From Candidatus Spongiisociaceae bacterium (GTDB lineage: Bacteria; Actinomycetota; Acidimicrobiia; Spongiisociales; Spongiisociaceae), in assembly GCA_965262915.1 (NCBI GenBank), contig OZ253564.1, positions 4,000,001 through 4,064,000 of the forward strand: DNA of 64,000 bases. The letters run 5' to 3'. The position numbers and the translations under genes are program-made. This document shows, piece after piece, positions 57,205-64,000 of this stretch. Numbering within the stretch: position 1 is the first letter of the stretch; each line of letters begins with the position of its first letter. Below the pieces are notes generated by a model. The model had not been told where the DNA came from and made no database searches. It worked only from the letters and a program-made list of their open reading frames with translations.

Positions 57205-58537
57205 ATGACCGAACCCTCACCGCCCCCATCCGATGTCCCGACCCGCACCCTGACACGTATGGGCAAGACGGGAATCACACAACTCAGGACCGGAGCTTCG
57301 AAACTCGCGCGGGTACCGCAAGGAACTACGGAACTCGTAGTCGAATCAAGCCGTGTCGTCTATGGCCACACCAGCCGAACGGTCAAGGACCTGAAAGAAG
57401 CTGATCTGAGGTTCCACCGCCGACCGATCGAACTGACACAAGCCATTACCGTTTCCGCGCAGGCCCGGTTAGGAGATACCGCCGAAACGGCAAACAACTC
57501 AGATCGGCAAAGCCACAACCACAGCCGCCACCAAGGTCGGAGACCTCACAGGAACCGCAGCATCCGAAATCGGCAAAGCCACAACCACAGCCGCCACCAA
57601 GGTCGGAGACCTCACAGGAACCGCAGCATCCGAAATCGGCAAAGCCATAGGCATAAGCGCAGCGAGGCTTGCGGAACACAGCCGGGCCTTCCACCAGAGC
57701 TGCAGGGAGTCCTTCAAATCGCTCGACGACCGGCCCAGAAACTTAGGAGAGGATGCAGACGCGTGGGCCCAAGCCGCCGCGGCAGGAGCCTGGGGAGCGT
57801 TCCTGACGCTGCAGAAGGCGGTTCCGTCGTTCAGTGACCTTCCCCCGGCCATGAAGGCGAAGTTCGCAACGGCGGGACTTCGCGGGGCTTGGAGACCGGT
57901 CGACATTGCGGATGCCTTCTACCAGTCGAGCGTGCCGTCCCCGGTTCGAAATCTAGGGAAGGACGCAGTGCTCGCCTTCGTCGACGGAAAGCATGCTGGC
58001 CATATCGAAGCGGTCGCCAATGCTCCCGGAAGGATGATGGACGCTACCAACATCGTTTGGGAGCGCGCCCGTGACAACCTGGCTCGCGGCGCCGCCGACA
58101 TGACCCCGCTCGAATTGGCAAAGGCCAACGCCCTGAACGCGCTGCACGCCACCGGGATCGTAATGGCCGAGGCACTCCAAACTGCTGCCGTCGCCGGCTG
58201 CATAGGCATGGCGCTCGAGGGAGTGGTCAGCGTGACCGAGAACCTCATCTACGTCTACAAGGACGAGATGACTCCCCAGCAGGGAGGCAGGAGGGTCTTG
58301 AAAGACATGCTGAAGAAAGGCAAGGCGGCTGCGATCGGCGGGGCCGGCATGACGGTAGTGGTTGCCTTGGGTGCAGGCTCCGCCCTCGCGACAGCCGCTC
58401 CCGTTCTTGTAACGGTCGGAGGGGTGGTGTACATCGTGAGCGCTTACAGTCGTATCAAAACGGCATTGGATTCGGCCGAGGAGCAACCGAATCTTCTAGC
58501 TCTGGATCCGTCGTCTCACGCGATGGGCACCGCCTGA
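57205..58537 (+). pseudogene. Repeat-containing membrane protein gene with one frameshift near 57493
   Basis: Changing frame near 57493 joins ORF 57205 to the open frame ending at 58537: 22-aa repeats, His/Asn motif, hydrophobic C-terminal helices. Confidence 0.65.
57503..57647. repeat. 66-bp tandem repeat (2.2 copies)
   Basis: ATCGGCAAAGCCAC...GCATCCGAA at 57503 and 57569, partial at 57635; encodes IGKATTTAATKVGDLTGTAASE. Confidence 0.95.
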
Positions 58538-58598
58538 TCCTGACACCAGTTATCGTGGAATAGTCGGGTGTCCGCCCGCAATCCGTGGGGAGGTTTCG

Positions 58599-58817
58599 AT
58601 GCCGGTGGCGCATATCCACTTCATGTACGACCTGGTCGAAGGTGACCTGCAGGAGGCCAAGCGCAGGCTTGCCGACGAGGTGGCCGAAAGCATTGCCCGC
58701 AACGTAGTTCACCATCATCAAGGCTCACCCAAGGAACTGGTGACCGTGGTCTTCCACGACATCGGCGCGGACGATTGGGCCACCGGCGGCAAGCTATTCA
58801 GCGACCGGGCCGACTGA
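58599..58817 (+). CDS. 4-oxalocrotonate tautomerase family protein
   Basis: N-terminal Pro after Met, 72 aa, VTVVFHD...WATGG; GGAGG RBS. Confidence 0.82.
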   Translation: MPVAHIHFMYDLVEGDLQEAKRRLADEVAESIARNVVHHHQGSPKELVTVVFHDIGADDWATGGKLFSDRAD

Positions 58818-58898
58818 CACATAACGGATTCGGACCCCGAGGAGCGACAAATCGACAGCGCCTCTACACGGTATGAGCACACCGCGTTGGCAGCCGCG

Positions 58899-60125
58899 CT
58901 ATCCGGCCCGACGTAGCCTGTAGTGCGGTAGCGGCACGATCGTCCCGTTGACTTCCCCGCGTACCGGACCCCAGTCCCAGTCGACCTGCACCTGTGTCCC
59001 CGGATCAGCATGAGCCGGCACAACATGGGCGAAACCGATCAGCGACCCGGCCGTGGGGGACCAGGTAACGCTGGTGGTCCGCCCGATACGAGTTCCCTGA
59101 TGGAGGATCGGCAGCGGCAGCCGGATCACCTGCGGCGTTACCTCCGGCGGAATCCCACCGTCATCGTAGAGGGCGACGATCAGGCGATAGTCGATCTGAA
59201 TCCCTACCATCGAACGCTTGGATCCGTTCTCGAACTCACGCTTGAGAGCCTCCCTGCCCAGAAAGTCGGCCTTCTTCCCGAGGTCGACGAAGCGATGCAT
59301 GTTCAGTTCCAGCGGAGTGGTTCGGTTCTCGGCCGAGACCGGGATCGGGTCGCCGAGTCGATCTATGGCGGCCGGCGTGTAGTCGGCGCCCACTATCACC
59401 AAGCCCGCCTCGATCCGCGCCACATCCAGCGCGTGCAGCCCAGCGGCACCCAATCCGAGACGCTCCCCGGCTTCGAACAGCAGGTCCCACACCGTAGCCC
59501 CGTCGCGTGTGGCTACCCAGATTTCGTAGCCCACCTCGCCGGTGAACCCCTGGCGAGACACAATCACCTCCGCCCCTCCGATCATGGTTGTACGGAGCCG
59601 GGAGAAGCGAAGATCCGACCAAGCCTCGCCCGTCGCTGCCTCGAGCACCGCGGTCGACTTGGGTCCCTGAAGCGCCAGCAACCCGTAGTCATGCGTTACA
59701 TCCTCGATCACAACGTCGTAGCTCTCGGCGTGGTGGCGGAACCAGTTCATCATCGGATCAGCCGAGAACAGGAACCTGTCTTCTTCTACCCGTGCAACCA
59801 GACCGTCACCTACCAGGACTCCATCCTCGTTGCACCAAGGGGTGAAATAGACCTGGCCTACCTCGATTCTCGTAGCGTCACGGGTGATGAGATAGTCGAC
59901 CAACCTCATCGCGTCGCGTCCGGCAATGTAGTGCTTGGAAAGGGGCGATTGGTCCAGAGCCGCAGCCTGTTCGCGTATCGTGGCCAACTCGGCCCGCCAG
60001 TCTGTGTATTCGTCGACGATGTGATACCGATCCCAAGCATTCCACTTCTGACGCTGGTTCAACAACGAGGTACGCGGGTAGAACGCAGTCCCGCGGATCG
60101 TCAGATCGGAGGGGATGGAAGTCAT
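58899..60125 (-). CDS. Aminomethyltransferase (GcvT-like, folate-binding) family protein
   Basis: DQSPLSK, LALQGP, SRQGFTGEVGYE, RIEAG, TSVTWSP. Confidence 0.88.
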   Translation of the reverse strand: MTSIPSDLTIRGTAFYPRTSLLNQRQKWNAWDRYHIVDEYTDWRAELATIREQAAALDQSPLSKHYIAGRDAMRLVDYLITRDATRIEVGQVYFTPWCNEDGVLVGDGLVARVEEDRFLFSADPMMNWFRHHAESYDVVIEDVTHDYGLLALQGPKSTAVLEAATGEAWSDLRFSRLRTTMIGGAEVIVSRQGFTGEVGYEIWVATRDGATVWDLLFEAGERLGLGAAGLHALDVARIEAGLVIVGADYTPAAIDRLGDPIPVSAENRTTPLELNMHRFVDLGKKADFLGREALKREFENGSKRSMVGIQIDYRLIVALYDDGGIPPEVTPQVIRLPLPILHQGTRIGRTTSVTWSPTAGSLIGFAHVVPAHADPGTQVQVDWDWGPVRGEVNGTIVPLPHYRLRRAG

Positions 60126-60220
60126 TCACGTATCTCCTTTCTCAACCAGACCCCACTGTGGTCAATGTAACGCGACTGATGGAAGTTTCCTCGAGGACGG
60201 CGGCTGCCACCCTTCCAGAT

Positions 60221-60560
60221 TCAACGGCTCTCCCTGAAGTAGGCCCTAGCAAGCGCAGCCGGTGCTTGCGATCGACGCTTCTGTAGCGGAGACAACCACC
60301 ATAACCAGACGGCTACGTGCACGAACTTCACGGCGCTGGCGTTGAGCCTGACCGCGTCGGCGCTCGCCGGGTCGTGGCCAACGGCGCGCAGGTGTAGGCC
60401 GGCCCTGGTGCGAGATATGTACCACGCGGCCACCGCCACGAATACCCAGGATAGGTAGACCACGGGATCGTAGGACAGGAGAAGTGGGCCTATCCCTGGC
60501 CAGTCGCCAACAGATTCTGAGAACATCGGCTCGAAGATCCCGCCGCTGATCCTGCACCAC
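60221..60560 (-). pseudogene. Deleted remnant of a BMP-type ABC permease
   Basis: RTRAGLHLRAVGHDPASADA joined almost directly to the C-terminal APAALARAYFRESR. Confidence 0.7.
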
Positions 60561-60620
60561 CGCCGGGCTACCGGGCCGGCTGACCCGAGACCTCCCTCGT
60601 GAGCAGAGAACCGAGGCCGG

Positions 60621-60637
60621 TATTGTTGACCGCAATC
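60621..60637. promoter_or_regulatory. Candidate operator TATTG-N7-CAATC
   Basis: About 70 bp upstream of Rieske paralog 4. Confidence 0.55.
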
Positions 60638-60708
60638 GAAGAAAAGACGGGCAAGTCGGTGCGGAAACGGAGGTTTCGGGGTCCGGACCGTGCTAAGGGG
60701 AGGACAAC

Positions 60709-61776
60709 ATGACCGTCGCGGACCACTACAGCGTCACCGAAGACGAGATCCGGTTCGATCACACCGCCGAGGAGCGCCTCTACCAAGCGATGTTCGACTA
60801 TTGGCATCCGGTGGTCTACTCGTCCCATCTGAGCGACGACAAGCCGTTGGCGGCCACTCTGCTCGGTGAATCGATCGTGGTGGTCCGGCTCGATGGTGCA
60901 GTTCGTGCCTTCCGCGACCTGTGCGTCCATCGGGGTACGGCCTTGTCGCTGGGCTGGGTGGAGGACGACTCTCTCCGTTGCGCGTACCACGGCTGGAAGT
61001 ACGGACCGGACGGCATGTGCACGGAGATCCCGTCGCGGTTCGGTAGCCGGATCCCCAAGCGGGCCCGGCTGACCCGCTATACGGCGGCCGAGGCGGCCGG
61101 TCTGATTTGGGTATGCCTGTCGGGAGAGCCGAGATACCCGCTGCCCAAGTTTCCCCAACGGGAGGATCCCAGGTTCAGGATCATCGAGGTTCCGTCATAC
61201 AACTGGAACTGCTCGATGCCCCGGCGGATCGAGAACTACGTCGACTTCGCTCACTTCGCCTGGGTACACGACGGGGTGCTGGGGGACCGCAACGAACCGG
61301 AGGTCCCGGACCACGGGATAGCCCGGGTCGGCCACGAGCTGCGTTTCGACCATCCCCACATGGCCGAGCCTCCCGACTCCGGCAAGAACAAGGGCCTCGA
61401 ATCGGCAGGCGAGGCGGTCGACGTCCAGATCGACTACCGCCTGTTCATGCCCAACACGATCCTCCTCGACCAGCGGATACCCGCTCTGGATCAGCAATAC
61501 CTGCTGTTCTTCTCGGTCTGCCCGACAGGGCCCAAGACCAGCCGCTGCTTCACCTTCATGGGCCGCGACTACTCCCTTGACGAGGACACCGACCGGGACA
61601 TGCTCAAGTTCAACGAGTTGGTGATCGGCCAGGATCTCCCCATCGTGCAGTCACAGAGGCCGGAGGAACTCCCCATGGATCTCTCGGCCGAAGTGCAGAT
61701 CAAGGGTTCGGACCGGGTGGCCGTCGAGTACCGCCGCTGGCTCAAGAAGATCGCCGACGGCACGGATACGGCCTGA
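60709..61776 (+). CDS. Rieske non-heme iron oxygenase, NdmA/VanA-like (paralog 4)
   Basis: YWHPV, CVH...CAYH, RRIENYVDFAHFAWVH, QDLPIVQSQRP; GGAGG RBS. Confidence 0.92.
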   Translation: MTVADHYSVTEDEIRFDHTAEERLYQAMFDYWHPVVYSSHLSDDKPLAATLLGESIVVVRLDGAVRAFRDLCVHRGTALSLGWVEDDSLRCAYHGWKYGPDGMCTEIPSRFGSRIPKRARLTRYTAAEAAGLIWVCLSGEPRYPLPKFPQREDPRFRIIEVPSYNWNCSMPRRIENYVDFAHFAWVHDGVLGDRNEPEVPDHGIARVGHELRFDHPHMAEPPDSGKNKGLESAGEAVDVQIDYRLFMPNTILLDQRIPALDQQYLLFFSVCPTGPKTSRCFTFMGRDYSLDEDTDRDMLKFNELVIGQDLPIVQSQRPEELPMDLSAEVQIKGSDRVAVEYRRWLKKIADGTDTA

Positions 61777-61891
61777 GCCCGTAGGGAACCGAGCGATCTG
61801 TCCCCAAGACGATTCGCCGCGTCCCGCTTGCCGCCACCGCGACGACCGAGGATACGGAGCGCCCTGCCACCGGACGGCTACCGGAATCACC

Positions 61892-62809
61892 TCAACCGGC
61901 CTTGCCGACCACCCCGGAGAGGTCGCACCCATGGAGTTCCTCCAACAACCCTAGGAAGGCGAGCACGGGGACGCTGTAGTGCTGGGCGCGCCGGACCAAG
62001 ACATGGGTCGGTAGGTACACCCGGTGCTCGTCGGCCATCCCTATCGGCTTGAGCCTTCCCCGTTCGACCTCGCTCCGGATCGCGCTGCGCGGCAGGAAGG
62101 ATATGCCCAGTCCGAGAGCCACCATCCGTTTGGTGGCTTCGATGCTGTCGAGCATGGTCTCGATCTGGGGAACGATCCCCGCCTCGTGGCAGGCCTGGTT
62201 GATGAGCAGGAAATAGGTCGAGCTGGGGTCGTAGAGGATGAGTGGCTGGCGCGCCACCTCCGATATGCGGGCGTAGCCCTTCTCCGCAAAAGGGTGATCG
62301 GGATACGTCACGAGAACGATCTCCTCGTCGTACAGGTAGATCGAGTGGACGTCCGGATGGACGAGACCCCTCGACAGGCCGATGTCCACGACACCGTCGA
62401 TGATCATCGCCAGCACGTCGGTGGACCGTCCGGTGCGTATCCGGGCCGAGACCTGAGGGTGACGGCGCTGGAAACGGTCGAGGGTCGGGGGAAGCATGTA
62501 GGTCCCGATGGTGCGGGCCGACCCGATCGTGATAGTGCCCTGCTGCTCGTCAAGGGTCTGGCGGACGGCTTCTCGGCCCTTGTCGAGGAACTCGAGAACC
62601 CGCTCGGCGAAGGGAAGAAACGCCTCCCCGGCCTCGGTCAACCGGACGCCTCGTCCCAGACGGTGGAAGAGCGGGGTGCGCAACTCGCGCTCCAAGGACT
62701 TGATCCGGGCGCTGAGTGACGGCTGGCTCACAAAGGAGGCGCGAGCCGCTCCCCGGAAGCTGCCCATCCTGGCCGCGGCCAGAAAGGACTCGAGTTGCCT
62801 GAACTCCAT
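61892..62809 (-). CDS. LysR family transcriptional regulator
   Basis: GSFRGAA...[13 protein letters not shown]...LFHR...LTEAG; GLGISFLP. Confidence 0.95.
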   Translation of the reverse strand: MEFRQLESFLAAARMGSFRGAARASFVSQPSLSARIKSLERELRTPLFHRLGRGVRLTEAGEAFLPFAERVLEFLDKGREAVRQTLDEQQGTITIGSARTIGTYMLPPTLDRFQRRHPQVSARIRTGRSTDVLAMIIDGVVDIGLSRGLVHPDVHSIYLYDEEIVLVTYPDHPFAEKGYARISEVARQPLILYDPSSTYFLLINQACHEAGIVPQIETMLDSIEATKRMVALGLGISFLPRSAIRSEVERGRLKPIGMADEHRVYLPTHVLVRRAQHYSVPVLAFLGLLEELHGCDLSGVVGKAG

Positions 62810-62829
62810 TTACCCCGCTCCGCCCTAGC

Positions 62830-62846
62830 GATAGTTATAGCCTATC
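62830..62846. promoter_or_regulatory. LysR-type T-N11-A box GATAG-N7-CTATC
   Basis: Perfect inverted repeat between divergent lysR and aceA. Confidence 0.65.
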
Positions 62847-63004
62847 ACTTCGATCCAAAGAAGGGGGCGGGGTTTATCGCCCGAAAACACCTCATACTGC
62901 TTCGGTTTCGACCATGCTTCCCCGAACGGCCCCACAGCGGAACCACGGGAAGGTGCGGGGTCACTGAGTCAATCCGAGATCGGTACCCGGAAGGGGTAGG
63001 AGTC

Positions 63005-64000
63005 ATGTCGATGAATGGCCGGAGCAGGTTCCGGAGAGCTGCTGCTCTCCAAGCCCGTTGGGACCAGGAGGCAAGGTGGCAGGGCATAGAGCGCCGCTAC
63101 ACCGCCCACGACGTACTCCGTCTGCGGGGCAGCCTCAGGATCGAGCACAGCATCGCCCGGGCCGGCGCCGATCGACTCTGGCACCTCCTGCAAACCGAGC
63201 CCATCATCCGTACCTTCGGCGCCCTGACCGGAGCCCAGGCGGTCCAGATGGTGAAAGCCGGACTGAAGGCTCTCTATCTGAGCGGCTGGCAGGTCGCCGC
63301 CGATGCCAACCTTTCGGGCCAGACCTACCCGGATCAGGGCCTCTACCCGTCCAACAGCGTGCCGAGCGCTATCAAGCGGATCAACAACGCTCTGACCCGC
63401 GCCGACCAGATCGCCACCATCAACGGCGAGACTGGCAGGAACTGGTTCGCCCCGATCGTGGCCGATGCGGAAGCCGGATTCGGCGGTCCTATCCATGGTT
63501 TCGAATTGATGAAGGCGATGATCGAAGCGGGCGCGGCCGGCGTTCACTTCGAGGATCAACTCGCCTCCGAGAAGAAGTGTGGGCACATGGGCGGCAAGGT
63601 CCTGGTTCCGACCTCTCAATTCATCCGCACGCTCACCGCCGCCCGGCTCGCCGCCGACGTGATGGACGTGCCGACCATAATCATGGCGAGAACCGACGCA
63701 CGCGACGCCAGGCTCCTGATGAGCGACGCCGACGAACGTGACCATCGTTTCTTGACCGGGGAGCGAACCCCAGAGGGTTATCACGGAGTTCGGGGCGGGA
63801 TGAAGGCCGCCACGGAGCGGTCGCTGGCGTACGCTCCCTACGCCGATCTCCTATGGTTCGAGACCTCCCGGCCGGACCTCGAGGAAGCGGCGGCCTTCGC
63901 AGAAACGATCCATGCCAGGTTCCCCGGCAAGCTGCTGGCCTACAACTGCTCCCCGTCCTTCAACTGGAGGCACCACCTGAGCGACCGCCAGATCGCCAAC
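63005..64000 (+). CDS. aceA: Isocitrate lyase (3' end beyond the window)
   Basis: Open frame from ATG 63005: [41 protein letters not shown]. Confidence 0.97.
   Translation, partial: MSMNGRSRFRRAAALQARWDQEARWQGIERRYTAHDVLRLRGSLRIEHSIARAGADRLWHLLQTEPIIRTFGALTGAQAVQMVKAGLKALYLSGWQVAADANLSGQTYPDQGLYPSNSVPSAIKRINNALTRADQIATINGETGRNWFAPIVADAEAGFGGPIHGFELMKAMIEAGAAGVHFEDQLASEKKCGHMGGKVLVPTSQFIRTLTAARLAADVMDVPTIIMARTDARDARLLMSDADERDHRFLTGERTPEGYHGVRGGMKAATERSLAYAPYADLLWFETSRPDLEEAAAFAETIHARFPGKLLAYNCSPSFNWRHHLSDRQIAN

Noticed and set aside
57503-57647. CRISPR-like 66-bp periodicity
   Set aside because: Whole units are identical and in frame within a coding region; no unique spacers.
62969-63784. 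271-aa minus and 227-aa plus ORFs
   Set aside because: Shadows of aceA, which the ORF track omits because it runs off the window.

Overview
High-GC actinobacterial accessory region (GroES/GroEL style, tandem CIRCE and TTTAAP-linker lipoproteins suggest an Acidimicrobiia-like host; this is inference). Few core genes are present: groES-groEL, the 5' part of aceA, and a dif-like Xer site at 16099-16126. About 40 kb carries a scattered catabolic gene set: four paralogous NdmA/NdmB-like Rieske oxygenases, a [3Fe-4S]-type ferredoxin plus reductase, a xanthine-dehydrogenase-family Mo enzyme, BMP-type nucleoside ABC transport, three COG0402-type amidohydrolases, SDRs and a GcvT-like enzyme. Most of these modules share an upstream palindrome, ATTG-N7-CAAT, pointing to one regulon, plausibly for methylated purines or nucleosides. 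Interspersed are conflict and mobile elements: a DUF3800 gene followed by a promoter-driven structured ~90-nt RNA candidate, an NrtR-like regulator facing a vWA-ARPP-1 fusion, RelBE, an MNT-HEPN fusion, PaREP1, decayed IS3, IS982, ISL3 and IS110 elements (two IS110 non-coding ends), a MITE-like repeat and several pseudogenes. All family assignments are from motif recognition by eye; no searches were run.
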